Below, one piece after another: positions 13,446-26,832 of a stretch of 64,000 nucleotides of DNA. Position numbers and translations under genes: made by a program. A model generated the notes under the pieces. The model saw only the letters and a list, made by a program, of their open reading frames with translations. It made no database searches and was not told the DNA's origin. The stretch spans positions 3,162,001 to 3,226,000 of the forward strand of contig NC_086108.1 of assembly GCF_963921235.1 (NCBI RefSeq), given 5' to 3'. This DNA comes from Mobula hypostoma. Its lineage: Eukaryota. The stretch's first letter is position 1, and each line of letters begins with the position of its first letter.

Positions 13446-13609
13446 CTGTGCCGAGCGCCGTTTGGACTGGTTGTGATGCAGCGTTCTCCGTCTCTGCCAC
13501 TGGTAGAGAGACGACTTGGCCTCATCGCTCATCTGACGGGTCAGCGACCGGGACTGAAAGTTGCTGATGTGGAACAGAGCGCCGAACATGGTTGTTAAAT
13601 AATATCCCC
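13446..13609 (-). CDS. RINL: RIN-family gene exon, end of VPS9 plus basic linker
   Basis: Acceptor TCCTTGCACAG|GG; encodes GGYYLTTMFGALFHISNFQSRSLTRQMSDEAKSSLYQWQRRRTLHHNQSKRRSAQ (VPS9 GxYYLT motif; QWxRRRTLH). Donor CAG|GTTTGT. 164 nt, phase 1-0. This frame is not in the supplied ORF track. Confidence 0.93.
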
Positions 13610-14885
13610 CTGTGCAAGGAGAAACAGTGAGATTGTGAGGACAGGAGGCACTTCCCTGGCCAGCCAGCCAGCCACCAACATTTAAACCTGGCTCACAGAT
13701 CTATATCTGGTGTCTCCAGAGTTCGCTCACTGGAACAGAAGCTGCCCACGGCTGACCCTTCACAAGGTGAGGAACTGCTGTGTGTTTGTTCTTGCAGAAC
13801 ATCATCCCATACACCATCCATCTCCAGGCTACACCACCCAGGGACTTGTGCTCATATTATTTTGTGACTGTGTGTACTATCATTACGGTACGTGCTGTCT
13901 GTGACTGTATGTGGTGTGTATGACTGTATGTACTATCATTACAGTACGTGCTGTCTGTTGCTGTATGTGCAGTCGCCCTGGAGGAACGATGTTTCGTTCA
14001 GCCATATACATGGTTAAATGATAATTAAACTTGAACTTGAACAGGCTACCAACCCTGACTGGCCAAACAAAACTGTTACGGATACAGCAATGAAGGGTCC
14101 TACATCCGAGTGTGACAGTATTCCTGAGTCTCCACTCGGGAGTTGCATGGCTGACAGCAGTGAATACAGAGCGGAAGCTACCGTCATGATGAAGGAATTC
14201 CTGAACACCTCCAAGACCAAGGCCAAAGTTAGCCAAAGGTCGAGAGAGATGGAGGACCTTCATTGCTGCCCTCAACAGCACTGGGTGTAATGGCAGTAAA
14301 TAAGTTGTGCTCTTTCAGCGTGAGACAGTGCATGCTCCAGCTGAGCTCCAGTGAAGCAGGAATGTTGGGTGTATACTATGACTCCAGGGTGGTAGGCATA
14401 GAGGCACTGCTGCCTGTGACTTGGAAATTCCTCCCAGCTCCCAGAGCCCTGGGAATTTTGTGAGACTCCTCATCAAAGCCACAGAGTTCCTAGGAGTACA
14501 CCATCATAAAGCAATCGTAAACTTTACCCGGTCTTAGGTTTAGACAGAGTCTTCAGCATCAACAGAGTTTAAAGGCCATTTGGCCCAACTGGTCCATGCG
14601 AGCATTTATTCTGCACACAAACCAGATCCTAAACCACTTCCAGTTCCGGATCCAAGACTAATGTTTAGTCCAGGCCAACAACCTCACTGAAGTCATCTCC
14701 AATTCCATGTGCACCTCCAGTCCAACTGCAACCTTCAACAAAAACATGAACGTTTTACCACGCTGCACAAAGACACGGGTCAGCCTCCTATCCCACACTG
14801 TGGTAGTGGCTGCGCTCCCAGAGGAAGTGGGCTGGCTGGTTAACCGATGAGCTGGACACCCCCCCCCACCACCCCCCACCCTTAC

Positions 14886-15017
14886 CTTCACCCTGAAGTT
14901 GGTTTTGATCCAGCAGCTCCATCATGTACTCCACGTCCAGCCAGAGGTTGGTCAGGTTGCTGGTGGCCAGGACATACGTCAGCACGGGAAGGAAGTCGTC
15001 AGCACCATAGGGCTTCC
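14886..15017 (-). CDS. RINL: RIN-family gene exon, VPS9 catalytic core
   Basis: Acceptor CCATTGCAG|GG; encodes GKPYGADDFLPVLTYVLATSNLTNLWLDVEYMMELLDQNQLQGE(G), containing the VPS9 GADDFLP motif. Donor GAAG|GTAAG. 132 nt, phase 1-1. Confidence 0.95.
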
Positions 15018-15364
15018 CTGCAATGGCGGGATTAACTGTGAGAAGGACTCAGCCCCTCGAGAATGCTACGCCCATCAGAGAGACGGAGGTGACCATTTCC
15101 CCCTCTCCCCCATTCACTGTAGCCCTCATTCCTCAATGCTCCCCAAACAAGGCTCAGACTTCACAGCGGCAGAGAATTCTAAATGTTCCCTGCTCTCTGA
15201 GAGGGGAGATTCCTCCTCATTTCCATCTAACCCCAGCTTCCTCCTCTTGGATCTAGGCTGAGGAAAGTGCCCCTTGCTGTCCTCCCATGCTGACTTCAGA
15301 ACCCTCTAAGTCTCAGAGATGTTCACCTTTCTTCTGCTCGCTATCCTCATTCCAGACTTGGAAC

Positions 15365-16790
15365 ATAGAACACTACAGCACAAAATGATGTTACGCCAAC
15401 CTGTATAGACCCTCTTCGTTCCCTCCTACACAGCCATTACCCTCCCATTTTTTATCACCTACGTGCCCAAGAGTTTCTTAAATGTCCCTAATGTATCTGC
15501 CCCTGCCACCACCCCCAGCAGTGCAGGCACCCACCACTCTCTGTGTAAAGTATCTGCCTCTGACATCCCCTCTGTACTTCCCTTCAATCACCTTAAACTG
15601 ATGCCCTCTGGTATTTGCCATTGCCACTCAGAGAAAATGGTGCTGACTGTCCGGTCTATCTGGTTCTCATAATCTTATGCACCTCCCATCCTCCTGCACT
15701 CCAAAGAGAAAGACCCTAGCTCACTCGACCTTTCCTCATAAGACATGTTCTCCAATCCAGACAATATCGTGGTCTATCTTCTCTGCACCTTCCCTAAAGC
15801 TTCCACATCCTTCCTGTAATGAGCTGACCAGAACGGAACAGAGCTTTATGAAGTTGCAACTTTACCTCAGGGCTCTTGAACTCAGTCCCCTGACTGATGA
15901 AGGCTGATACACCGTAGACCTTCTTAGCCAGCCTATCAGCTTGCCCGGGAACTTAAAGGGATCTATGGACTTGGATCCCAAGAGCTCTCTGTACCTCGTC
16001 ACTACTTAAGAATCCTGGCATTAATCCTGTTCTTTCTCTTTAAGTTGAATCTTCCAAAGTGAATCACTTCACACTTTTCTGGACTGAATTTGATCTGCCA
16101 CTTCTCCACCCAGCTTTTCATCCTGTCAATGTCCTGTTGTATCCTACGACAATCTTCTACACTATCCACGACTCCATCAACCGCAACTCCACCAACCACA
16201 CTACCCACAGCTCCACCAACCTTCCTGCTATCTGCAAACTTACTAACCCACCCATCCACTTCCTGCTCCAAATCATTTATAAAAATCACCCAGAAAAATG
16301 TATTAAAATCACCATTTATAAAATCAGGGGTCCAGAACAGATCCCTGTGGAACACCATTAGTCATGAATTTGAGGCAGAATACGCTCCACCCACGACCAC
16401 CCTCTGCCTTCCTTGTGCAATCCAATTCTGAATCTTTGCGGCCAAGTTTCCCTGGATTCCATGTCACCTGACTTTCTGAATAAGCTTGCTTTGTGGATCC
16501 TTACTAAAATCCATGTACACCACATCCACTGCTCTACCTTCATCAACCTATTTTGTCATCTCCTCAGAAAACTCATTTGGGTTTATGAGACATGCCCTGA
16601 CCTTCTCAAAGCCATGCTGACTATTCCTTATAAGACTATGCTTCTCCAAATGCTGGTAATACTGTCCCTAACAATGTTCTAGTTTGCCCATCGCTGATGT
16701 AAGATTATCCATATTCCATTTCTTCCACAATGGAACAACATTTGCCATCCTCCAAACCTCTGGTACTACTGCTGTAGCCAATCAAGTCAT
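15365..16790 (-). mobile_element. Old degenerate CR1 fragment
   Basis: IFINDLEQEVDGWVSKFADSRKVGG and other RT remnants with many lesions. Confidence 0.75.
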
Positions 16791-16840
16791 TTGCAATTCT
16801 TTGAAACTCCAGATAGATAGGTGGTAGATAGATAGATAGG

Positions 16841-17756
16841 TGGAGGGGCCGGTAGTGCTGAGGAAACGGAGAGTCTGCAGAGAGACTTGGATAGATTGGA
16901 AGAATGGGCAAAGAAGTGGCAAATGAAATACAATGTTGGAAAGTGTATGGTTATGCACTTTGGCAGAAGAAATAAACGGGCAGACTATTATTCAAATGGG
17001 GAGAGAATTCAAAGTTCTGAGATGCAACGGGACTTGGGAGTCCTCGTACAGGATACCCTTAAGGTTAACCTCCAGGTTGAGTCGGTGGTGAAGAAGGCGA
17101 ATGCAATGTTGGCATTCATTTCTAGAGGAATAGAGTATAGGAGCAGGGATGTGATGTTGAGGCTCTATAAGGCGCTGGTGAGACCTCACTTGGAGTACTG
17201 TGGGCAGTTTTGGTCTCCTTATTTAAGAAAGGATGTGCTAACATTAGAGAGGGTAGAGAGAAGATTCACTAGAATGATTCCGGGAATGAGAGGGTTAACA
17301 TATGAGGAACATTTGTCCGCTCTTGGACTGTATTCCTTGGAGTTTAGAAGAATGAGGGGAGACCTCATAGAAACATTTCGAATGTTGAAAGGCATGGACA
17401 GAGTGGATGTGGCAAAGTTGTTTCTCATAATGGGGGAGTCTAGTACGAGAGGGCATGACTTAAGGATTGAAGGGCGACCATTCAGAACAGAAATGCGAAG
17501 AAATTTTTTTAGCCAGAGGGTGGTGAATCTATGGAATTTGTTGCCACAGGCAGCAGTGGAGGCCAAGTCACTGGGTGTATTTAAGGCAGAGATTGATAGG
17601 TATCTGAGTAGCCAGGGCATCAAAGGTTATGGTGAGAAGGCGGGGGAGTGGGACTAAATGGGGGAATGGATCAGCTCATGATAAAATGGCAGAGCAGACT
17701 TGATGGGTCGAATGGCCGATTTTTGCTCCTTTGTCTTATGGTCTTATGGTCTTATG
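16841..17756 (+). mobile_element. 5'-truncated CR1, open 3' ORF2 segment (256 aa)
   Basis: ORF 16887-17657 WQMKYNVGKC...RPHLEYC...FFSQRVVNLWN; (TCTTATGG)n tail; preceded by a (GATA)n microsatellite at about 16810-16840. Confidence 0.9.
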
Positions 17757-17849
17757 TTACAGGCCGCTTTGGTCCAAGCTTTCCTCATTAAAGTACAGAT
17801 TCCAGCTGCTGGTCTCAAAGCTTCTCTAAACTGTTGCCAGCAGATGAGA

Positions 17850-18720
17850 TCTTGCTGAGTTCCTGCAGCATTTCATGTGCGTGTTGCTTGGATTTCCAGC
17901 ATCTGCAGAATCTCTTGTGTCGATGGAAAAGAGAAACAGTCAATGCTTCATCAGGACTGGAAAAAAAGATGAGAAATCAGAGTAAAAGGAGGGGGAAGGG
18001 AGGAAGAAGTACAAGGTGGCAGGAGATAGGTGAAACCGGGGGAGAGGTGAAGTGAAGAGCTGGGAGATTGGTGAAAGAGATACAGGGCTGGAGAAGGGCG
18101 AATCTGATAGGAGAGGGTAGAAGACGATGGAAGAAAGGGTAGGGGAAGGAGCATCAGAGGAAGGCAATAGAACATTTACTTATTTATTATTATGATTATT
18201 TTATCTTTTTTCTATATTATGTATCGCATTGAACTGCTGCTGCTAAGTTAACAAATTTCATGACATATGCCGGTGATAATAAACCTGATTCTGATTCTGA
18301 ACATAGGAATCTACAGCACATTACAGGCCCTTCGGCCCACAATGCTGTGCTAACCATGTAACCTACTCTAGGAAATGCCTAAAGTTTCCCTACCCCAAAG
18401 ATCTCTATTTTTCTAAGGTCCATATACCTATCTAAGAGTCTCTTAAAAGACCTTATTGTATGCACCTCCACCACCGTCACCGGAGATAAGGTGAGAGAGG
18501 GAAACAGAAATGGGGAAACGGTGAAGGAGAGAAGGGGGGCAATTACTGGAAGTTCATCGGTTTGGAATCTACCCAGATGGAATATAAGGTGTTGCTTCTG
18601 CAACCTGAGTGTGGCCTCATCACGGCAGTAGAGGAGGCCGTGGACTGACATGTCAGAATGGGAATGGGAAGTAGAGCTGAAATGGGTGGCTCCCAGGAGA
18701 TCCGGCTTTTTCTGGTGAAT
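17850..18720 (-). mobile_element. Penelope-like (Neptune-type) 3' fragment, interrupted by short CR1/Rex tails
   Basis: HFSSTSHSHSDMSVHGLLYCRDEATLRLQKQHLIFHLG (GIY-YIG endonuclease tail) followed by pyrimidine-rich spacer and CTGATGA motif. Confidence 0.7.
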
Positions 18721-20835
18721 GGAGATCTCGGAAGATGTTAAGCAGTACACAGGGATCTGAGTTATAAAGGTGAGGTTGGATAGGTTGAGACTTCTTTTCT
18801 CCTGTAGGTGAGGGGTGACTTAATATAGGTTTATAAAATCCAGAAGGGATACAGGGACTGGCCACTCTCTGCCTCCCAGGGAAGGCCAATCAAAAACTGG
18901 AGGGCAGAGGGGAAAGCTAGAGGCGAGTGGGGAAAGAATTCTAGGGGTCCTGAGGGACAACTTTCTGCACAAAGCGGGCGGTGAGTTTGTGGAATGAGCT
19001 GCCGGGAGAAGTGGTAGAGACAGATATATTGGCTTTCATAGATCAAAGTATTGTGCAAAAGATGGGATGTTATGTTGAAGTTGTATAAGATGTTGGTGAG
19101 ATCTAATTAGGCATATTGTGTGCAGGTTTGATCACCTTCATACAGGACAGCTGTAAACAAGGTTGAAAGAGTACAGAGAAAATTTACAATGATGTTACTG
19201 GGTGTGGAAGGTCTGAGTTGTAAGGAAAGAATGAATAGGTTAGGATTTTATTCTTTGCAACACAGAAGATTGAGGGGAGATTTGATATAAGTATACAAAA
19301 TTATGAGGCGTATAGATAGAGTAAGTGCAGGCAGGCTTTTCCCAATGAGCTTGCGTGGGACTACAACCAGAGGTCGTGGGCTAAGGGTGAAAGGTGAAAT
19401 TTTAAGGGGAATATGAGGGGAAACTTCTTCACTCAGAGGGTGGTGAGAGTGTGGAATCAGCTGCCAGCACGTGGTGCATGTGAGCTCGATTTCAACATTA
19501 AAGGGAAGGTTTGATAGGTACATGGGTGGTAGGGGAATGGAGGGCTATGGTGCCAGTGCAGGTTGATGGGAGTAGGCAGTTTAAATGGTTCATCACGGTC
19601 TAGATGGACCGAAGGGCCTGTTTCTGCGCTGTACTTTTCTATGACTCTAGATAGTGTTATAAGTATGTAGGTAAGAGAGGTATGCCCAAATAGGACTACT
19701 GGAATAGGCATCTTGCTCAGCATGGGGAAGTTGGGCTGAAAGGCCTGATTCCATGCTGTGTAACCCTGTCACTCTGATTTTCCTTCCACAAGACACAGGA
19801 GCAGAACTAGACGGCCCATCGAGCATGCTTTGCTGATTTATTATCCCTCTCACTCCTTTCTCCTGTCTTCTCCCTGTAAACTTTGACACCTTTACTATCA
19901 ACCTCTGCTTTAAATACACCCAACGATTTGGCCTCCGTCTGTGGCAATGAATTCCACAGATTCACCACGCTCTGACTAAAGAAATTCTTGCTCAACTCTG
20001 TTCTAAATAGACATGTTTCTGAGGCAGGACCCTTTCGTCCTAGACTCGTGTACTAATGGAAAAATCCTCTAACTCACCATCATTACCACTGCGTGCTGTG
20101 TGGTATGACCTGGCTGATCATGGTCTGTCCATGACCACAACTGTTCTTGGCAACTTTTTCTACTGAAGTGGTTTGTTATTGCCACCTTCTGGGCCCTCTG
20201 TCTAGGCTGTTCAATACTCCATCGGTTTCAATGAGATTCCACCCTTATTCTTTTAAACTCCAGTGAGTACAGGCCCAGAGCCATCAAATACTCCTCGTAC
20301 ATTAACCCTTTCATTCCTGGAATCATTCTTGTTAAGTCACCCACCCTATATCCTTATTGAACAATTCTCGGAGGCAGAATCCAGTGGTCAACCACTGTTT
20401 TATCCACTATTTGTTGCAAGTGCTAAGCACAAGAGATTCTGCAGATGCTGGAAATCCAGAGTAATACACACAAAATGCTGGGAGGAACTCAGCAGGTCAG
20501 GCAGCATCTCAGGACTAATTCATTAATTTCCCTCCTGGCTACCCTCTCGTTCCTCCTCTTCTCACCTGCCCATCACTGCCCTCTGGTTTCCCTCCACCTA
20601 CCCTTTCTCCCGTGGTCCACCGTCCTCTCTGATCAAATTCCTCCTCCTTCAGCCCTTGACCTCTTCATCCCCCCTCACCTGGTCTCACATATCACTTGCC
20701 AGCTTGTACTGCCTCCCTCCCCCCACATCCCCCCCACCCCCACCTCACCTCCTTAGTCTGGCTTCATTCCTCTTCCTTTCCAATCTGGAGTACAGAAGAA
20801 TGAGGGGAGTATCTCATTGAAGGTTGAAAGGCCTA

Positions 20836-21061
20836 GGAGGCTGTTTCCTATAGTGGGGGAGTCTAGGACCAGAGGGCACAGATAGAGTGGATGTGGAGAG
20901 GATGTTTCCTATAGTGGGGGCATCTAGGACCAGAGGACACAGATAGAGTGGATGTGGAGAGGATGTTTCCTATGGTGAGGGAGTCTAGAACCAGAGGACA
21001 CGGATAGAGTGGATGTGGAGAAGATGTTTCCGATAGTGGGGGAGTCTCGGACCAGAGGACA
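20836..21061 (+). repeat. 61-bp tandem repeat, about 3.5 copies, same CR1-derived unit
   Basis: Units start at 20881, 20942 and 21003. Confidence 0.9.
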
Positions 21062-21179
21062 TCGCCTCAGAATAAAATGATGTCCCTTTGGAACAGAGAT
21101 GAAGAGGAATTTCTTTAGCCAGATGGTGGTAAATCAGTGGAAATCATTGTCACAGATAGACCTGGAGGCCAAGTCATTA

Positions 21180-23022
21180 AAATCAAAGTCGATAGTAAAA
21201 GTTTTTTCAAGTATGTTAAAAATAAAAGAGAAATGAGAGTGGATATAGGACTGTTAGAAAATGAGGCAGGATAAATAATAATGGGGGACAAGGAGATGGC
21301 TGATGAACTAAATGAGTATTTTGCATCAGTCTTCACTGTGGAAGACAGTAGCAGCTTGCCTGATGTTGTGTGTGAAGGAAGAGAAGTGGGTGCAGTTACT
21401 GTTACAAGACAGAAGGTGCTCAAAAAGCTGAAAGACCTAAAGGTACATAAGTCACCTGGGCCAGAGGAACTGCAATCTAGGGTTCTGAAAGAGGTAGCGG
21501 TAGAGATTGTGGAGGCATTAGTAATGATCTTTCAAAAACCATTGGCATGGTGCCAGAGGACTGGAAAATCGCAAATGTCACTGCACTCTTTCAGAAAGGA
21601 GGAAGGCAGCAGAAAGGAAGTTATAGATCATTTAACCTGACCTCAGTGGTTGGGAAGATGTTAGAGTCAATTGTTAAGGATGAGGCTCTGGAATACTTGG
21701 TGACACGGGACAAGATTGTACTGAGTCAGCATGGTTTCCTTCAGGGAAATCCTGCCTGATGAACCTGTTAAAGTTCTTGGAGGAGATTACAAGTAGGATA
21801 GATAAAGGGGATGTAGTCGATGTATATTTGGACTTTCAGAAGGCCTTTCTCAAGGTGCCACACATGAGGCTGCTTACGAGTTAAGAGCCCATGGTATTAC
21901 AGGAGGGTTACTAACATGGTTAGAGCATTGGCTGATTGGTAGGGGTCAGCGAGTGGGAATAAAAGGATCCTCTTCTGATTGGCTGCCAGTGACTAGTGGT
22001 GTTCTACAGGGGTCGGAGTTGGGACCACTTCTTTATGATGCAATGATTTTGATGATGGAATAAATGGCTTTGTTGTCAAGTTTGCAGATGATACAAAGAT
22101 TGGTGGAGGGGCAGGTAGTGTTGAGGAAACAGGTAGGATACGGAAGGACTTAGATAGATTAGGAAAATAGATTAGGAAAACGGGCAAGAAAATGGCAAAT
22201 GAAATACAATGTTGGAAAATGTATGGTCATACACTTCAGTAGTGGAAATAAATGTGCAGACTATTTTCTAAACGGGGAGAAAATCCAGGAATCTGAGATG
22301 CTGAGGGACTTGGGAGTCCTTGTGCAGATCATCCTGAAGGTTAACTTGAAGGTTGGGTCGGTGGTGAGGAAGGCAAATGCCATGTTAGCATTCATTTCAA
22401 GAGGTCTAGAATACAAGAGCAAGGATGTGATGCTGAGGCTTTATAAGGCACTGGTGAGGCCTCACCTTGAGTATTGTGAACAGTTTTGGGCCCCTGATCT
22501 TAGAAAAGATGTGCTGGCATTGGAGAGGGTCCAGAGGAGGTTACAAGGATGATTCCAGGAATGAAAGGGTTATCATATGAGGAACATTTGAAGACTCTGG
22601 GTCTGTACTCGCTGGAATTCAGAAGGATAAGGGGGAATCTCATTGAAACCTTTCGAATGTTGAAAGGTCTAGACAGAGTAGATGTGGAAAGGATGTTTCC
22701 CACGGTGGGGGAGTCTAGGACAAGAGGGCACAGCATTAGGATAGAGGGACGCCCTTTCAAAACAGAGATGTGGAGAAATTTCCTTAGCCAAAGGGTGATG
22801 AATTTGTGGAATTTGTTGCCACATGCAGCTGTGGAGGCCAAGTCGCTGGGTGTAGTTAAGGCAGAGATTGATAGGTTCTTGATTGGACATGGCATCAAAG
22901 GTTTATTGAAGGCCGGGAACTGGGGCTGAGGAGGAGATTGAAAAAAAAGGATCAGCCATGATTGAATGGTGGAGCAGACTTGATGGGCCAGATGGACTCA
23001 TTCTGCTTCTATGTCTTATGGT
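21180..23022 (+). mobile_element. 5'-truncated degenerate CR1
   Basis: RT remnants LNEYFASVFT, PEDWKIANVT, KFADDTK, RPHLEYC; tail ends about 80 nt from the RIN exon donor. Confidence 0.88.
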
Positions 23023-23101
23023 CTGTTGCTTATCGTGTCAGTGGGAATGAAGCGATAAATTCGATGTTGCTGGTGCACCATCTTCTCGATCTGCCTCTTA
23101 C

Positions 23102-23407
23102 CTGATGAGCCAGACATCGCTTCGTAGATAAGCTTGCAGGCCTTCAGGAGCTGCGCCACTTTTTTGAAGGGCGAGTAGGCCAGGTGCATGGCAGCAAACT
23201 TCTGCTGGATCTTTTCCAGTGCCACGGCGTCGGGAACACTGGCTGTCACCCCCAGCTGCGCCGGGGTCTGACTCTGCAGAATCAGCTGGTTGGTGGTCAG
23301 CTTCTTCAGAGACCCGTCCTTGGTGTGGAAGTCAAGCAGGCACGCGTAGATGTTGTCACGCAGTGGTTTCAGCACACACTTCTGCAAAGCCTTCTGGATG
23401 GCAACCT
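23102..23407 (-). CDS. RINL: RIN-family gene exon, N-terminal half of VPS9 domain
   Basis: Acceptor CTCTCTTCCAG|AG; encodes (E)VAIQKALQKCVLKPLRDNIY...KDGSLKKL...LGVTASVPD...MHLAYSPFKKVAQLLKACKLIYEAMSGSS(G). Donor TCAG|GTAAGA. 306 nt, phase 1-1, in frame with neighbouring exons. Confidence 0.92.
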
Positions 23408-23469
23408 CTGGAAGAGAGAGGAACAGTGTGGAGTCAGAAGGGAACTGTTGCTGAGGAAGTGAGAGGCAG

Positions 23470-25095
23470 TGCAGACAAAGGAGAGTCAGTGGACGTTATT
23501 GACTTGGATTTTCAGAACCCTTTGACAAGGTGCCCCACATGAGGCTGCGAGACAAGGTCTGAGCCTGCAGTATTACAGGAAAGATACTAGCATGGATAGA
23601 GTGGGAATAAAGGGAGCCTTTACCGGTTGGCTGCTGGTGACTAGTGGTGTTCCACAGCGATCGGAGTTGGGACTGCTTCTTTTTAAGTAATATGTCAATG
23701 GTTTGGATGAGAGAATTTATGGACGAGCTTGCAGACAATGTGAAGATATGTGGAGAGGAAGGTAGTGTTGAGGAAGCAGGGAGTTTGCAGAAGGACCTGG
23801 ACAGATTGGGGAAATGGGCAAAGTATCAGATGGAATACTGTGCAGGAAAGTGTATGGTCATGCCCTTTGCTAGAGGAATAAAGGCATGAACTATTTTCTA
23901 TTTTCAAATCGGGGCCTCTTTTCACTGGAATTCAGAAAAATGAGGGGTGACCTCATTGAAACCTAACGAATAATGAAAGACCTTGATAGAGTGGATGTAG
24001 AGAGGATGTTTCCTATAGTGGGGGAGTCCTGGATCAGAGGACACAGATAGAGTGGATGTAGAGAGGATGTTTCCTATAGTGAGGGAGTCCTGGATCAGAG
24101 GACACAGATAGAGTGGATGTGGAGAGGATGTTTCCTGCAGTGGGAGAGTCTGAGACCAGAGAACACAGATAGAGTGGATGTAGAGAGGATATTTCCTATA
24201 GTGAGGGAGTCCTGGATCAGAGGACACAGACAGAGTGGATGTGGAGAGGATGTTTCCTATAGTGGGGGAGTCTAGGACCAGAGGACACAGATAGAGTGGA
24301 TGTGGAGAGGATGTTTCCTGTAGTGGGGGAGTCTAAGTCCAGAGGACACAGATAGAGTGGATGTGGAGAGGATGTTTCCTATAGTGAGGGAGTCCTGGAT
24401 CAGAGGACACAGATAGAGTGGATGTAGAGAGGATGTTTCCTATAGTGAGGGAGTCCTGGATCAGAGGACACAGATAGAGTGGATGTGGAGAGGATGTTTC
24501 CTGCAGTGGGAGAGTCTGAGAGCAGAGGACACAGATAGAGTGGATGTAGAGAGGATGTTTCCTATAGTGAGGGAGTCCTGGACCAGAGGACACATATAGA
24601 GTGGGTGTGGAGAGGATGTTTCCTATAGTGCGGGAGTCTAGGACCAGAGGACACAGATAGAGTGGATGTGGAGAGGATGTTTCCTGAAGTGGGGGAGTCT
24701 AGGACCAGAGGGCACAGATAGAGTGGATGTGGAGAGGATGTTTCCTATAGTGCGGGAGTCTAGGACCAGAGGACACAGATAGAGTGGATGTGGAGAGGAT
24801 GTTTCCTACAGTGGGGGAGTCTAGGACCAGAGGGGACAGTCACAGAATAGAGGAACTTCCTTTTAGGACAGAGGTGAGGATAAATTTCTTTAGTCAGAGA
24901 GTGGTGAATCTGTAGAGGCCAAGCCATTGGGTATATTTAAAGCGAAGGTTGATAGAATATTGATTAATGAGGACATCAAAGGTAATGGGGAGAAAACAGG
25001 AGAACGGGGTTGAGAGGGGCAATAAATCAGCCATGATCAATGGTGGAGCAGACTAGTTGGGCTGAATGGCCCAATTCGGCTCTGATGTCTTACGG
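23470..25095 (+). mobile_element. Deleted CR1 fragment containing an internal 61-bp tandem array
   Basis: DFQNPLTRCP (DFQKAFDKVP-like) and ADNVKIC (FADDTK-like) remnants, then CR1 3' end. Confidence 0.75.
23985..24838 (+). repeat. 61-bp tandem repeat, about 14 copies, CR1-derived
   Basis: Unit GATAGAGTGGATGTGGAGAGGATGTTTCCTATAGTGGGGGAGTCTAGGACCAGAGGACACA. Confidence 0.95.
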
Positions 25096-25840
25096 TCCTT
25101 GGATATTTGTTAGTAATAATGATACTTGAGTTTAGAGCTACCTGCTGTTAACCTGAAGCTTACAAATAAAATTAAAGGTTTATGTTGACTGGTTGCAGAG
25201 GTTGGAGGTCTCTGAGGTGATATGATGAACATCTTGGGGACACTTTCAAACAAATTTAGGAAAATCTCAAATGATTCAATTGCTTAAGATTGCCCGAGTT
25301 CTGTGAGGCTTCATCAGTGCTTGATTCAAGATATAGAAGCAGAATGAGGCCATTTGGCCCATTGAGTCTGCTCTACCATTTCATCATGCCTGATCAATTT
25401 TCCCTCTCAGCCTCAATCTCCTGCCTTCTCCCCATACCCCTTTGTGCTCTGGCTAAACAGGAATCTGTCAACCTCTGTCTTAAATACAGTATACATAAAG
25501 ATTTGGCCACTACAGTCCCCCGTGATGATGAATTTCACAAATTCACCACTCTCTGGCTAAAGAAATTCTTTCTCATCTCCATTCTAAAAGGTCTCCTCTG
25601 GTTGTAGACTCTTCCGCAACAGGAAACGTCCTCTCCACATCCACTCTGTCAAGACCTTTCAACATTCAATAGGTTTCAATGAGGTCACCTCTCATTCTTC
25701 TGAATTCTAGTGAAAACAGGGCCAGAGCCATCAAACCTTCTTCATATGACAAGCTATTTCATCCCGGAATCATTTTTGTTAACCTACTGCGAACCCGCTC
25801 AGAAGGTTCAATTAATTTGAAAAACAAAATGGCTTTAGGG

Positions 25841-25920
25841 TAGGGGATTCCCAACCTTTTTTGTGCCATGGACCCCTACCATTAAGTGAGGGGTCCCTAG
25901 ACCCCAGGTTGGGAACCCTA
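25841..25920. mobile_element. hAT-type MITE (80 bp)
   Basis: TIRs TAGGGGATTCCCAACCT / AGGTTGGGAACCCTA with perfect 8-bp TSD CTTTAGGG (25833-25840, 25921-25928). Confidence 0.85.
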
Positions 25921-26499
25921 CTTTAGGGTGAGATTATCAGTACGGCTCAGGATTGGAAAAAGCTGCAGAGTTGTAAGCTCAGCATATCCATCGTGGGCAC
26001 TGACCACCCCACCATCGAGGACATCTTCGAAAGGCAACATCTGTCGTTATGGAGTCTCACCACCCAGGACATGCTCTCTTCCAGGATATTACCTTACTGT
26101 ATTTAATTTACACACTTTACTTTGTTTATCTATGTGTAATTCATCTTGGATTTAATTCTTACTTTCTTAAGTTGTTGTGTGTTGTATGTGTGTTCTGTGT
26201 ACACTGTGCTCCACACTCTGGTCTGCAGAAACATCGTCTCGTTTGGCGGTATACAACGGAGACAGTTTAACTCTATATAGAGTTAAATGACAGTAAACTT
26301 GACATGACTCATTGCTGCCATCAGGAAGGAGATACAGGAACCTGATGATTCACACGTAATGTTCTAGGAACAGCCCCTTCCCCTCTGACACTGGATTTCT
26401 GAGCGGACAATGAACCCACAAACACTACCTCACTCTGTTTGCTCTCCTATTGCACTTCTTATATATGTCAGCGATAATCAACCCATTTATGTTTCTTAT

Positions 26500-26832
26500 T
26501 TTGGGTGGTGGGGTGGAGATATGTCTCTACCAAAGGAGGTGTGAGGTGCTCCTTCCCTCTGCGAGTCTGCAGGCCCCCCTTGGGCAAGGTGCAGCACCTG
26601 CTTAGCCGCGCCCCCCCCCCCCCCAAGATCAGGGTGATCAGGGTCAGGTGAAGCTTTGGATGGTCGTATGAGCAGCCGGTGCAGATCACAAGTCCTGGCT
26701 GTGTGACCACTGACACCAGGCGGACAATCTCTGAAGAGGTCATAGACACGAGAAATCTGCAGAAGGAACATATTGGCCTACGACATGGCACATAATGATG
26801 ATGTCATGTGACACGGCGCATGATGATGATGT
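26500..26832 (+). repeat. SINE-like interspersed repeat with (TGA)n tail (copies about 2145-2445 -, 29225-29578 +, 55850-56175 +)
   Basis: Shared GGTGGAGATATGTCTCTACCAAAGGAGGTG...GCAGATCACAAGTCCTGG...GGCAATGGCAAACCACTTC. Confidence 0.65.

Noticed and set aside
23985..24838. CRISPR-like array
   Set aside because: Units are contiguous with no unique spacers, derive from CR1 ORF2, and the context is vertebrate.
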